Both the position numbers and the translations under genes were made by a program. 64,000 bases of DNA from Microgenomates group bacterium Gr01-1014_7. GTDB lineage: Bacteria > Patescibacteriota > Microgenomatia > Daviesbacterales > UBA10151. The stretch covers positions 19,337-83,336 of the forward strand of contig VMGD01000006.1 in assembly GCA_007376405.1 (NCBI GenBank), written 5' to 3'. The notes beneath the pieces were generated by a model that had not been told where the DNA came from, ran no database searches, and saw only the letters and a program-made list of their open reading frames with translations. Of the stretch, positions 1-9,346 are shown in pieces. Within the stretch, counting starts at the first letter, position 1. Every line of letters starts with the position of its first letter.

Positions 1-2
1 AG

Positions 3-41
3 CTCGTCAAATTCGACGACTTAATGGCAATCTTGGAGTAA
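3..41 (+). CDS. groES: co-chaperonin GroES, C-terminal fragment (gene begins upstream of the window)
   Basis: Reading frame ends ...[12 protein letters not shown] followed by TAA at 39-41, immediately upstream of groEL; resembles a GroES C-terminus. Confidence 0.5.
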   Translation, partial: LVKFDDLMAILE

Positions 42-45
42 AAAT

Positions 46-1665
46 ATGGCTAAGATATTAAGATTTGATAGTGAGGCTAGAGAAAAGTTATTAAAGGGTG
101 TAAATATCCTAACTGAGGCTGTGGCGACAACGCTGGGGCCAAAGGGCAGAAATGTGGCTATTGATAAAAAATGGGGCGCTCCTAATGTGGTCCATGACGG
201 AGTAACAGTTGCCAAGGAAATAGAACTGGAAGATCCATTTGAAAACATGGGGGCCCAGCTTATTAAAGAAGCAGCTTCTAAAACCTCGGATGTGGCCGGA
301 GACGGTACCACCACTGCCACCATTTTGGCTCAGGCTATGGTTTCCGAAGGTTTAAAAAACATTCAGGCTGGCAGCAATCCCATGATTTTGAAAAAGGGCA
401 TGGAAAAGGCAGTTTCCGCGCTTGTAGATGAACTGCGTAAGATGAGCAAAAAGATTACCACCCAGGAAGAGATAGCCCAAGTTGCTACAATTGCCGCTTC
501 AGACCCGGAGATTGGAAGACTGATTGCGGAAGCCTTGCAAAGAGTGGGTAAAGACGGGGTAGTGACAGTTGAAGAAGGCAAAACCATGGAAATGGCCGTT
601 GATTATAAAGAAGGAATGGAGTTTGATAAAGGTTTTGTATCGCCTTATTTTGTGACTGATACTGATAAGATGGAGGCTTCGATTGAAGATGTTTATATTT
701 TAATTACAGATAAAAAAATATCCAGCGCTTCGGATTTAGTGCCGTTTTTAGAAAAATTTGTGGCTGTTTCCAAAAACTTGGTCATTATTGCAGATGAAGT
801 TGAAGGCGAGGCGCTGGCCCTTTTGGTTGTAAACAAACTGCGCGGAACTTTTAATGTTTTGGCAGTTAAAGCCCCCGGATTTGGTGATAGAAGAAAAGAA
901 AGCTTGGAGGATATAGCTATTCTTACTGGTGGGACTGTCCTAAGCGAGGATACGGGTAAAAAATTTGAATCGGTTGAAGTGACGGATTTGGGTCAGGCTG
1001 CAAGGGTTACATCGGATAAAGATCACACTCTCATAGTAGACGGTAAAGGTTCAAAGGCCAAAATTGAGGGAAGAATTGCTCAAATAAGAAGAGAGCTGGC
1101 AGGAAGCGATTCCGAATTTGACAAGGAAAAACTGCAGGAAAGATTGGCCAAGTTAACCGGAGGAGTGGCTGTTGTTAATGTTGGAGCTGCAACAGAGGTT
1201 GAGCTAAAAGAGAAAAAGGAAAGGGTGATTGATGCTGTTGCTGCAACAAAAGCTGCAATTGAGGAAGGAATTGTGGCAGGAGGAGAAGTCACATTTCTGC
1301 GGGTGGCAAAAGTTTTAGAGCTAATAGTTGCTGAGGGTGAAGAAAAAGTAGGAGTTGAGATTGTAAAAAGAGCCCTGGAGCAGCCCTTCAGGCAGCTTAT
1401 TAAAAATGCGGGAATGGATGACGGGGTAGCACTGGCCAAAGTAAGGGATGGTAGCGGATCAATGGGCATTGATGTATTGGATGGAGTTGTGAAAGATTTG
1501 GTCAAGTCAGGTATTATTGATCCTGTTAAAGTAACCCGCTCTGCTTTGCAAAACGGCGCATCTGTTGCAGTAATGATCATGTCAACAGAAGTTCTTATTA
1601 GTGACAAACCGGAACCTCCGGCTCCAACTCCTCCAATGCCTCCAGGTGGAATGGGTGAATATTAA
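46..1665 (+). CDS. groL: chaperonin GroEL (Cpn60)
   Basis: 539-aa ORF starting MAKILRF; contains [26 protein letters not shown] and a GGM-type C-terminal tail; unmistakable GroEL. Confidence 0.95.
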   Translation: MAKILRFDSEAREKLLKGVNILTEAVATTLGPKGRNVAIDKKWGAPNVVHDGVTVAKEIELEDPFENMGAQLIKEAASKTSDVAGDGTTTATILAQAMVSEGLKNIQAGSNPMILKKGMEKAVSALVDELRKMSKKITTQEEIAQVATIAASDPEIGRLIAEALQRVGKDGVVTVEEGKTMEMAVDYKEGMEFDKGFVSPYFVTDTDKMEASIEDVYILITDKKISSASDLVPFLEKFVAVSKNLVIIADEVEGEALALLVVNKLRGTFNVLAVKAPGFGDRRKESLEDIAILTGGTVLSEDTGKKFESVEVTDLGQAARVTSDKDHTLIVDGKGSKAKIEGRIAQIRRELAGSDSEFDKEKLQERLAKLTGGVAVVNVGAATEVELKEKKERVIDAVAATKAAIEEGIVAGGEVTFLRVAKVLELIVAEGEEKVGVEIVKRALEQPFRQLIKNAGMDDGVALAKVRDGSGSMGIDVLDGVVKDLVKSGIIDPVKVTRSALQNGASVAVMIMSTEVLISDKPEPPAPTPPMPPGGMGEY

Positions 1666-1688
1666 AAACTTTTGGTAAAATATTCTTA

Positions 1689-2078
1689 ATGGCAAAACTT
1701 TCCATTAAAACTTCTAAGAAAAAGGAAGTAATTGATATCACTGATCTAATTAACCAAGAGCTGGAAAAGCAAAATTTTAAAAATGGGGTTTGTCATTTAT
1801 TTTTAACTCATACAACAGCGGCTTTAACTACAGCAGATTTGGATCCCGGAACTGATCAGGATTATCTGGATGCATTTGAGGATTTAATCCCTAAATTAAA
1901 TTATCAACATCCTCATGATCCATCTCATACTCCTGACCATATTTTATCCTCCTTAATTGGTACATCCCTGACACTACCTGTTGAAAATGGAAAGTTGGTT
2001 TTAGGCACTTGGCAAAGGTTAGTTTTAATAGAACTGGATGGCCCCCGCGAAAGACAAGTAGTTTTAACTATGTTATAA
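1689..2078 (+). CDS. YjbQ/UPF0047 family protein (secondary thiamine-phosphate synthase-like)
   Basis: 129 aa; HLFLTHTTAALT...DPGTDQD and TGEWQ-like motifs typical of the YjbQ family. Confidence 0.75.
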   Translation: MAKLSIKTSKKKEVIDITDLINQELEKQNFKNGVCHLFLTHTTAALTTADLDPGTDQDYLDAFEDLIPKLNYQHPHDPSHTPDHILSSLIGTSLTLPVENGKLVLGTWQRLVLIELDGPRERQVVLTML

Positions 2079-2086
2079 TAACTGGT

Positions 2087-2344
2087 ATGACAAAGATTAT
2101 TTCCAACCCCAAAATTTTAGGAGGTAAGCCAGTAATTGCAGGAACCAGAATTTCTGTGGAGCTTATTATGAACTTTTTGGCAGCAGGAATGAGTGTTGAT
2201 GATATCATAAAAGAGTATATAGAGCTTAGAAAAGTTGAGGTTTTGTCGGCAATTGATTATGCTAAAAAACTGGTTAACAAGTCGCAAGTTAAATACCGGC
2301 CAGATGCTACTGTACAAATAGCTCTCCATGAAATTACTCGCTGA
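2087..2344 (+). CDS. DUF433 domain protein (antitoxin-like partner of DUF5615)
   Basis: ISNPKILGGKPVIAGTRISVELIMNFLAAGMSVDDIIKEY matches the DUF433 consensus. Start placed at the internal ATG (2087) after the yjbQ stop. Overlaps the downstream DUF5615 gene by 17 nt. Confidence 0.65.
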   Translation: MTKIISNPKILGGKPVIAGTRISVELIMNFLAAGMSVDDIIKEYIELRKVEVLSAIDYAKKLVNKSQVKYRPDATVQIALHEITR

Positions 2345-2672
2345 TGAAAATTTTCCTCCTACTTTAATTTCCTATTTGCAAAAGAAAAGGCATGATATAA
2401 AAAGAATCCAAAGATCAGCAAAAGGAATTGTAGATTTAAGCGTTTCGGAAAAAGCATTAAAAGAAAGCAGAATTGTCGTTACCTTTGATAAGGATTTTTT
2501 GAAATCAGAACAAGATAGTCAAAATGTAAGGGTGATGATTTTTGATTTTCCCAATATGACACCGGAAGAAATTACCCCATATTTAGATGGTGCAGTTGCA
2601 GTAATAAATAAATTAAGAAAAAAGAAAAAACCATTTATGGTGATTTATTCTAAAGAGGGAATAGCAATATAG
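2328..2672 (+). CDS. DUF5615 family PIN-like protein (toxin-like partner of DUF433)
   Basis: N-terminus MKLLADENFP and the motif TFDKDF are typical of DUF5615. Translationally coupled to the DUF433 gene. Confidence 0.65.
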   Translation: MKLLADENFPPTLISYLQKKRHDIKRIQRSAKGIVDLSVSEKALKESRIVVTFDKDFLKSEQDSQNVRVMIFDFPNMTPEEITPYLDGAVAVINKLRKKKKPFMVIYSKEGIAI

Positions 2673-2725
2673 GATTTGACGGGCCAAGGGAAAGACAAAT
2701 AATTTTGAATTTGATATTATTTTAA

Positions 2726-4219
2726 TTAATAGGGTGCAATTGCTTCTTTCGATAATTCATGAAAGTTTTTACTTTGAGTTCGGGCAGCTGCTCTTCTCTT
2801 GAGTACTCGTCTTTTCATTTCTCTATAAAGCTTAGCTAATGCTAAATCTTCATATGTAATCTTGCTATCCATATATTTTTTCTCAATTTCCCCTTTCTTA
2901 TTATTTCTAGGATTAAAGCGGTAAAGTCCATATTTACGATATTCATCATATTCTTCCCATGTAGCAAATACAGGGCGAGGTGTTTTTGGAATTTGATACG
3001 GATTAACTCTCTGAGGCGTTACAGCATCCTGCCAGTAACCCTCTGGTACAAAAGGGAGAAAATCTCTTTCGTAATCGTAAGCTTTAGCAAGCTCTTGAAG
3101 CAATCTTGTTTCTTCTTCTGGATTATCCGGCACTACGTATGTTTTAAATCTTCCTGCACCAGGATATATTTCTTCTGGAGGCTGGGTAGATTTTTCCTTA
3201 AATTCGTCGTAGTGTTCTATAGTGCCGGAACGTTCCTTTCTAATTGCGCTTTCGATATACTCCTTTCTTTCTTGAGCAGTTGGTGTATTCGTAATTTGGT
3301 TGTAAAAATGGATTAATCGATCCAAAGGCCAAGTACTTAAATCTTCCCAAATAATATTTTCGTTTGGTCCATCTATTTGATCGGTCAGTTCTGTTTGGAA
3401 TTGCGTCATGTTTGCAAGGGGATTAAAATCTCTGGCTGAAAATCTTGGCGGATAAGTAGAAATACGCAATCTGTAAGCAAGACCATGCTGTAGGGTATCA
3501 ATATAGTAATTGCGATGAGGGGTATCCAGTTGCAGGATATTTAAAATATCCAAATTAGGGATAAATAATGGATTTTTGTCCTCTTCACGTCTCAAGCTAT
3601 GGTCAGCAATATTTGAAAGATAAATTACATTATTTAAGTTTTGGAAATCAGGAAGCTGTGCTATATGATGTATAAAATCCGGGTTATTGAATTCCGCTCT
3701 GGCGATAACTAAGTTTCCTTCAGCAGCCAATTTATGTAGTAAAGAAGCATATTTTTTTAGTGCATTTTGATAATACGCCGGATAAGAAGGATCAAATATT
3801 CTTTCTCCATAATCTAATTTGATTGAAGGATCTGCAAGGGTAGTTCTAAATGCCTGAATCATTCTTTCTCCGGCCGCAACAACTTCTGGGTCAATATCAA
3901 ATAAAATGATTGCCCTGGGCTCTACCCCTTCTGGGAAAGCTTCTAGCATAGAGAACACATTAGCAGCGCCAACACCAATCAAATATCCATTCGGGGCTTG
4001 TGGTTGATTTCTAACTTTTTCAAAAAGATTAGGATCGCCGGTTTCGTTTGTTCCACCAATTGCTTCAACTCCGACTTTCTCAAAGTCAGGAGTTTCAATC
4101 ATTGCACCGCTTTGTTTTAGTTTAGCAACGAAAGTCTCGCCGATTCCGGTTTGACGGCCAGCACTTTCCTTAAATTCTATCCCTCCTGCCCCTTGTTCGC
4201 TCATATCTTCATGATACAA
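2726..4219 (-). CDS. hypothetical protein (497 aa, no recognisable family)
   Basis: Long uninterrupted ORF with a normal-looking composition. No motif I can assign. Confidence 0.5.
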   Translation of the reverse strand: MYHEDMSEQGAGGIEFKESAGRQTGIGETFVAKLKQSGAMIETPDFEKVGVEAIGGTNETGDPNLFEKVRNQPQAPNGYLIGVGAANVFSMLEAFPEGVEPRAIILFDIDPEVVAAGERMIQAFRTTLADPSIKLDYGERIFDPSYPAYYQNALKKYASLLHKLAAEGNLVIARAEFNNPDFIHHIAQLPDFQNLNNVIYLSNIADHSLRREEDKNPLFIPNLDILNILQLDTPHRNYYIDTLQHGLAYRLRISTYPPRFSARDFNPLANMTQFQTELTDQIDGPNENIIWEDLSTWPLDRLIHFYNQITNTPTAQERKEYIESAIRKERSGTIEHYDEFKEKSTQPPEEIYPGAGRFKTYVVPDNPEEETRLLQELAKAYDYERDFLPFVPEGYWQDAVTPQRVNPYQIPKTPRPVFATWEEYDEYRKYGLYRFNPRNNKKGEIEKKYMDSKITYEDLALAKLYREMKRRVLKRRAAARTQSKNFHELSKEAIAPY

Positions 4220-4227
4220 TACTTTTA

Positions 4228-4821
4228 ATGGCCAAGTTACATTACAAGGAATCTCCTACTCAAAAGCAAAAGGATGCTTTTAAAAAGTATTTATCAGAAG
4301 ATGAGGAGCTGATTTTGGTTACCAGTTTTAGCAAAGCTTACATCCGCTCCAAATTTGTTATTTATCTTTTATTCCCGGGAATTATTTTTTTTGGAGCGGG
4401 TTTGGGATTGGCTTGGCTTTTGGGTTTGAGTAAAGTGTGGGCACTGACTTTAGGTTTTATTTTAATATTTTTATCAGCACTGCTTAAAACAATGCACGTA
4501 TATCATTCAAACCGCTATCTTCTAACAACAAGGAGAGTAATTATTAAAAAGGGTTTATTTTCTGTTAAATTAAATGTAGCACTTTTTGACAAAATCACCC
4601 ATCTGGAAGTTGATCAGTCAATAATTGACAGAATGCTTTTGCATCATGGAACAATTATTGTTAATACTGCCGGATTAAATAAAGGAGAGATAATTTTGAA
4701 ATATGTGGATTATCCGCTGGAGTTAAAGAATTTGCTGGAAAGATTAATAAATCGTGAAAGAGAGCAGTTCGGTCTTACAGGTGTGACTTTAACTGAAGTT
4801 GAAGGGGAAATCATTTCTTAG
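4228..4821 (+). CDS. membrane protein with bacterial PH (bPH_2/YdbS-like) domain
   Basis: Two transmembrane helices followed by a region (TTRRVIIKKGLFSVKLNVALFDKITHLEVDQSIIDRMLLHHGTIIVNTAG) resembling the YdbS/YdbT bPH_2 fold. Confidence 0.5.
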   Translation: MAKLHYKESPTQKQKDAFKKYLSEDEELILVTSFSKAYIRSKFVIYLLFPGIIFFGAGLGLAWLLGLSKVWALTLGFILIFLSALLKTMHVYHSNRYLLTTRRVIIKKGLFSVKLNVALFDKITHLEVDQSIIDRMLLHHGTIIVNTAGLNKGEIILKYVDYPLELKNLLERLINREREQFGLTGVTLTEVEGEIIS

Positions 4822-5425
4822 CCAGGTTATCTTTTGGCATGTCGGGGATTTCCGGAAGGAGTTTTTGCGGATCAAGGTAATTTCCGTTTTTGGTTATTTC
4901 CAGGTGTGTATGGGGTCCGGATGTAGCTCCACTCACTCCAACTTGTCCAAGAGTATTTTCGGATGAAATAGCATTTCCCTTTTTAACATAAATTTTGCCC
5001 AGATGAGCATATTTTGATTTAAAGCCGTTTTCATGAGCAACAACTACATAATTTCCCAAACCAAAGATATCCCGACCTACATCTTCAATTACCCCATCTA
5101 GAATTGGATGAAGCGGCAGACCCAGCCCGGCAGCAATATCTATGCCCGGATGATAGTTTGAGTATCTGGTGGATAAGTAACCCGGATGAGGTAACCTTAA
5201 TGGTTTGGAAAAAGAGTTGGAGATAACCTCTCCCTTTTCTTCCAAAGCTTGAGCAAAGACTCCCACTTTCTTAATTGGTGGAAACTCAAGGGTTGGGTAG
5301 TAACCCAGGAAATTTATTAAAATGATAACAACAAAGGAAAGTGTTACTTTCCTGGGCAGAGGATAATGTATTTGAATTTTCAAAACAAACTCCGATATAC
5401 ATCGGAGGGACGCAAAGGATAGCAA
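4811..5425 (-). CDS. M23 family metallopeptidase (LytM-like)
   Basis: HPGIDIAAG...D motif and C-terminal GATSGPHTHLEI (HxH) typical of M23/LytM peptidases. Confidence 0.75.
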   Translation of the reverse strand: MLSFASLRCISEFVLKIQIHYPLPRKVTLSFVVIILINFLGYYPTLEFPPIKKVGVFAQALEEKGEVISNSFSKPLRLPHPGYLSTRYSNYHPGIDIAAGLGLPLHPILDGVIEDVGRDIFGLGNYVVVAHENGFKSKYAHLGKIYVKKGNAISSENTLGQVGVSGATSGPHTHLEITKNGNYLDPQKLLPEIPDMPKDNLAKK

Positions 5426-5464
5426 ATTTTGCTCTGAAAGTCAAAAATAGAATATAATAGATGA

Positions 5465-6268
5465 ATGAAAAAAATACTAGTTTGGATTTTGGTTTTGATA
5501 AGTATTGCGGCAATTTTTGTAAGATACAGTAATAACATTGCTGAAGTGATCTTTGGCATCAAACAAAAAAGCGGGATCTCGATTCAATCTAGCCCAAACG
5601 AAGCGATAGTTTACCTGGATGAAGTTGCTGTCGGCAAAACTCCGTATGAAGATAAAGATCTGGGAAAAAAAGAATATTTGATTAAACTGGAAAGTGAAGG
5701 CGCTTCCTGGCAGGCAAGAGTTAAGCTCGAGTCCGGAACAGTTACCATTATAAACCGGGATTTGGCTAGGGAAGAGGCTTCCTCTGCAGGAGAAATATTG
5801 AGTTTGGAAAAAGGCCGGGGAATAACTGTTGTTTCAAATCCGTCCGATTCGGAAGTTGAAATTGACGGTAAAGCCTATGGTAAAACTCCCATTAGTATAA
5901 ACTTAGCCGCAGGAGATCACACCCTCACCATTACTCACAAAAACTATTTAAATAGAAGTATAAGAGCAAATCTGCATGAGGGTTTTAATCTGACTGTTTC
6001 GGTTGATCTTGCTTTATCCGAGGCGGATTTAACAAGCATTTCCGCTCCGGTAATTAGTCAAACTCCAGAGGTTGTAGTAAAGCAAACCCCAACAGGATTT
6101 TTGCGGGTGAGGGATAAGGCCTCTCTTTCGGGAAAAGAGATTGGTAGGGTTAATGTCGGAGAAAAATTGGTTTTGCTGGAGGAAACTGAGGGCTGGGATC
6201 GGGTCAGACTTTCAGATGGATCAGAAGGCTTTGTTTCCTCTGCTTATGTTGAAAAGAAAACTCCCTGA
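5465..6268 (+). CDS. PEGA domain protein with C-terminal SH3b domain
   Basis: N-terminal signal/TM helix; two PEGA-like segments (VYLDEVAVGKTPYE; VEIDGKAYGKTPISINLAAGDHTLTI); C-terminal SH3_3-like GFLRVRDKASLSGKEIGRVNVGEKLVLLEETEGWDRVRL. Confidence 0.6.
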   Translation: MKKILVWILVLISIAAIFVRYSNNIAEVIFGIKQKSGISIQSSPNEAIVYLDEVAVGKTPYEDKDLGKKEYLIKLESEGASWQARVKLESGTVTIINRDLAREEASSAGEILSLEKGRGITVVSNPSDSEVEIDGKAYGKTPISINLAAGDHTLTITHKNYLNRSIRANLHEGFNLTVSVDLALSEADLTSISAPVISQTPEVVVKQTPTGFLRVRDKASLSGKEIGRVNVGEKLVLLEETEGWDRVRLSDGSEGFVSSAYVEKKTP

Positions 6269-6283
6269 TGTTATATTTTATTT

Positions 6284-6544
6284 ATGGAAGACCACGACCG
6301 CGATATAGAATTGAGCAACCAGGCTGCCCAGAGAGCAAGTGGTAGGATTCCAGAAGGGGAGTTTGAAAATATGAATATAAATAGTTATATCGCGTCCCTC
6401 ACTGATATTGCTAATGCCCCACGTACTGTACAAGCCTTTCCTGAAAACAAAAAAAGTCTAGATCGAGCCGCAGGTATGTATGCTTATCTTAGAGACAAGC
6501 ATCATGCTCAAACTGTTGGAGATGCTTTTCAAAGTTTGGCCTGA
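6284..6544 (+). CDS. small hypothetical protein
   Basis: 86-aa ORF, no recognisable motif. Confidence 0.3.
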   Translation: MEDHDRDIELSNQAAQRASGRIPEGEFENMNINSYIASLTDIANAPRTVQAFPENKKSLDRAAGMYAYLRDKHHAQTVGDAFQSLA

Positions 6545-6635
6545 CGAGAAGTTGACCCCAAAGTTGTAGGACTCTGGGTTAGCGAGGAAATGGCGGTGAA
6601 TCCTGGACCATTTAATGCCATAGCCTGAAAATTGT

Positions 6636-6672
6636 CTTATACTTAATACTCCATACTATATACTAAATACTA
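6636..6672. repeat. direct repeat (tatacttaatact...atact periodic) upstream flank of the standalone four-helix-bundle gene
   Basis: cttatacttaatactccatactatatactaaatacta; partner copy at 7040-7085 shares the core ttatacttaatact. Confidence 0.7.
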
Positions 6673-7038
6673 ATTAGTCTTTAGGGATTTGATCAGGCCG
6701 TTGATTAATTTACTGACTTGGACTGATTGTTCTGCTATTTTATTAAAATCTTCTTTTGGCAGATAACCTACGTCTCTGGCTACCAGTAATTGATTTTGCA
6801 GTTCGGTTAATGAACCTTTGGCCATATAATAAAACTGCAATTTTTCCTTTTTAGTTTGCCTTGAGAAGCCTTCAGCAATATTGGAACTAATCGAAACCGC
6901 GCATCTCCTCATCTGGTCAATGAGCGAATACAATTCCTGTCTAGGGAATCTATCTGTAATTCGATAAATCATCAGTACTAAATTATGTGCCTCTTTCCAC
7001 GCTATCAGATCGGTGAATGAGCTTATTTTTGGCCTCAT
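6670..7038 (-). CDS. four-helix-bundle protein (TIGR02436 / 23S rRNA IVS protein family; Avd-like)
   Basis: 122 aa; DLIAWKEAHNLVLMIYRITDRFPRQELYSLIDQMRRCAVSISSNIAEGFSRQ...FYYMAKGSLTELQNQLLVARDVGYL matches the four-helix-bundle/Avd family consensus. Confidence 0.8.
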   Translation of the reverse strand: MRPKISSFTDLIAWKEAHNLVLMIYRITDRFPRQELYSLIDQMRRCAVSISSNIAEGFSRQTKKEKLQFYYMAKGSLTELQNQLLVARDVGYLPKEDFNKIAEQSVQVSKLINGLIKSLKTN

Positions 7039-7039
7039 G

Positions 7040-7085
7040 TTTTATACTTAATACTATATACTTAATACTCTATACTCTTATACCC
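7040..7085. repeat. direct repeat, downstream flank of the standalone four-helix-bundle gene
   Basis: tttatacttaatactatatacttaatactctatactcttatac; contains the ttatacttaatact core twice. Confidence 0.7.
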
Positions 7086-8010
7086 CTAAATAGTAGATAA
7101 TTCCCACCACCAGGATGATCCAGATGATTGTAGCTGTAAATAAAGGTTTGTCCGAAAGCAAAACCCTCTCCGGGCTCTCCCCCTCTTTTTTCTCATAGAT
7201 AATATAGAGGTATCTCATTACAGCATAAATCACAACAGGTACAGTTGCCATTAAATATTTAGCTTCGGTTAAAGGCAGCTCAAATCCTCCTAAAAGCGTG
7301 GAAATAGATGATCTTGTCTGGATAGGTGGTTGCAAAAAAGCAAAAAAAGCATATGTTAACCAGGCAGATGTTGCAAACATACTTGTTAAAATATCCAGTA
7401 AATTTTCAGGGTAATGTAGTAGGGTTTCCCTATGTTGAGGCGCTGCAGCTTCCATTAAAGTCCTCTCTGACCTTCTTTTTCCGATCGCTAAAAAGAGAGC
7501 AAATGAAGTAATAGATAGTAAAAACCAGACATTAAGATGAGCATCAATTACCCATACTCCGGCGTATACCCTCAAAACAAACCCGGCCGCAATAACTAAA
7601 ACATCCAGTAAAATTATTTTTTTAAGATAAGCGGAATAAAAAAGCTGCAAAACAAGGTATGTAAGGCAGGCAAAGAAAAAAGCCGGTGAAAGCTTATAAG
7701 ATAGGGGAAGAAAGATTACAATGGAACCAAAGGCTAAAGTTACAGCCAGGCTTACCGGAACAATGCCCGATGCGATTGGCCGTTTTTTCTTAAAGGGATG
7801 AAGTAAATCTTTCTCAATGTCAAAAACATCATTTAATAAATAGGTACTGGATGAGAAAATACAAAAAAGCCCGAAAGCCTGCAAGATTTTAATCTGGCTG
7901 CCTAGGTCAAATAAATTTCCTGAAAAAATAAGGGCTGCAAAAACCGCAAAGTTTTTTATCCATTGTCTGGGGCGCGCTGCTTTAAGAATTGCCCAAAAAA
8001 ATTTAACCAT
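7078..8010 (-). CDS. UbiA-family prenyltransferase, decaprenyl-phosphate phosphoribosyltransferase-like
   Basis: N-terminus LKAARPRQWIKNFAVFAALIFSG and NDVFDIEKD aspartate-rich motif; polytopic membrane protein. Its N-terminus overlaps the 3' end of the upstream GT4 gene. Confidence 0.7.
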   Translation of the reverse strand: MVKFFWAILKAARPRQWIKNFAVFAALIFSGNLFDLGSQIKILQAFGLFCIFSSSTYLLNDVFDIEKDLLHPFKKKRPIASGIVPVSLAVTLAFGSIVIFLPLSYKLSPAFFFACLTYLVLQLFYSAYLKKIILLDVLVIAAGFVLRVYAGVWVIDAHLNVWFLLSITSFALFLAIGKRRSERTLMEAAAPQHRETLLHYPENLLDILTSMFATSAWLTYAFFAFLQPPIQTRSSISTLLGGFELPLTEAKYLMATVPVVIYAVMRYLYIIYEKKEGESPERVLLSDKPLFTATIIWIILVVGIIYYLGV

Positions 8011-9026
8011 AAAATACCTCCCAGGATGATACCTCCAACAAGTAGTGCTGCAAACAATTTGCCTTGAGAGGATAAGCTCAGGGCTGCTGCACCCAGAATA
8101 ACACTTCCCAATATATAAAACAAGGAGATTTGAGAGTGACTAAAACCCTGCTCTAAAAGCTTATGGTGCAAATGTCCACTATCTCCCCAGACAGGAGATT
8201 TACCCTGCAGGATTCGGCGCAAAAATGTATAGGTAAAATCGGCTGCTGGGATTAAAAGCACCAGTCCTGCTGTTGCCACTTTCGCACCGGATAAAATAGC
8301 CAAAACAGCAATCATAAATCCCAGGATAGTTGAGCCGGAAAAACCGGGAAAAATTTTGGCCGGGTACCAGTTAAAAACTAAAAGACCCAAAGAGGAGCCA
8401 GCTGTAATAAAGGCCAGTTTGGCCACATTTACTTGGGAGGGGTCTTGCAGAAAAGTAAATTTTAAAGATAGTAAACCTAAGATAACTGCTGCCACGCTAA
8501 CTATTCCGGGCATTTGCCCGTCAACCCCCTTTGACCAGTTAATCATATTCATTACCCAGACAATCCAGATTATTGCCAACAGTTGGGGTAAGTATTGAAA
8601 TATATCCAGATGAATAATTCCACCCAGAGGATTGGTCACAAAATTAATTCCGATTCCACTGACAACAACCACAGCTGCGGCTATAAATTGACTAACAAGT
8701 CGAATGTAAGGGGATAAATTTTGATATTTATCATCTAAAAGTCCAATGAAAAGAAGAATAAATAAAGAAATTAAAATTCCCAAAGTAGTTGCTTGCAAAG
8801 GGATAAAAGCAAATATCGCAACAAAAAGTGCAATAAATACCGGCAAACCTCCTGCTCTTGGAACAATTCTCTGCTGGGTATGAGCGGGGTGAGGTCTAAT
8901 CTTTGGATTGTCCAAGAGATTAAATCTTTTAGCCAAACTAATGGTTGGATGAATTGCAAAAATTGTGATCAAAAAAGCTATGATTGCAGGTAAGAAAAAT
9001 TCCATTTTATAAGAAAAAAATTCCAT
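7956..9026 (-). CDS. glycosyltransferase family 4, MraY/WecA-like phospho-sugar transferase
   Basis: Polytopic membrane protein; DDKYQNLSPYIRL and NMINWSKGVDG (NxxNxxDGxDG-like) motifs. Start may be the first ATG (9026) or the duplicated second ATG (9005). Confidence 0.7.
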   Translation of the reverse strand: MEFFSYKMEFFLPAIIAFLITIFAIHPTISLAKRFNLLDNPKIRPHPAHTQQRIVPRAGGLPVFIALFVAIFAFIPLQATTLGILISLFILLFIGLLDDKYQNLSPYIRLVSQFIAAAVVVVSGIGINFVTNPLGGIIHLDIFQYLPQLLAIIWIVWVMNMINWSKGVDGQMPGIVSVAAVILGLLSLKFTFLQDPSQVNVAKLAFITAGSSLGLLVFNWYPAKIFPGFSGSTILGFMIAVLAILSGAKVATAGLVLLIPAADFTYTFLRRILQGKSPVWGDSGHLHHKLLEQGFSHSQISLFYILGSVILGAAALSLSSQGKLFAALLVGGIILGGILWLNFFGQFLKQRAPDNG

Positions 9027-9036
9027 TTTATAAGAA
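8995..9036. repeat. perfect 21-bp tandem duplication (aaaaattccattttataagaa x2) spanning the start of the GT4 gene
   Basis: Read directly from sequence. On the minus strand it duplicates the start codon plus 6 codons (MEFFSYK-MEFF...). Confidence 0.9.
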
Positions 9037-9342
9037 TATTAATACTATTTTTACAAATGTAATAGTTAAAATTAAGCTGACAAGCAAAGAGCAAAATTGC
9101 AAAATCTTTTTAAAAAGGTTTTGAGTTGTATGCAGCTGCCAGGAAATGATTAGATTAAAAAGCGAAATTAAGGCTATGCTTGCCGGCAGTATTAGCAGTT
9201 GTTGAATATTTACCAGTTGACTATCTCCCCATGGAAGAGAGTAAAAAAGAGGTAGTCTTGGTGGTAAAATCCGGGCAAAGATCGCAATAAAAAGAGCAAT
9301 AATTAAAGCAAGTAGCAGAGGTAAGGTAAAAAATTTACTCAT
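9028..9342 (-). CDS. small hydrophobic membrane protein, hypothetical
   Basis: 104-aa ORF with three predicted transmembrane helices, tightly packed between the GT4 and GT2 genes. Confidence 0.35.
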   Translation of the reverse strand: MSKFFTLPLLLALIIALFIAIFARILPPRLPLFYSLPWGDSQLVNIQQLLILPASIALISLFNLIISWQLHTTQNLFKKILQFCSLLVSLILTITFVKIVLIFL

Positions 9343-9346
9343 AACT

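Noticed and set aside
1080-1607. Antisense ORFs inside groEL, dnaK, infB and others (e.g. 21-323, 363-587, 1080-1607, 52755-53183, 56413-56994)
   Set aside because: They lie fully inside strongly supported genes on the opposite strand and have low-complexity, serine/threonine-rich translations typical of antisense frames.
6545-6670. tRNA, rRNA or other structured RNA genes in intergenic regions (6545-6670, 15927-16037, 16629-16927, 42575-42846)
   Set aside because: No cloverleaf-compatible segments (GTTC/TPsiC-like arms with acceptor pairing) or rRNA-like conserved blocks recognised. The hairpins found are better explained as DGR RNA elements or terminators.
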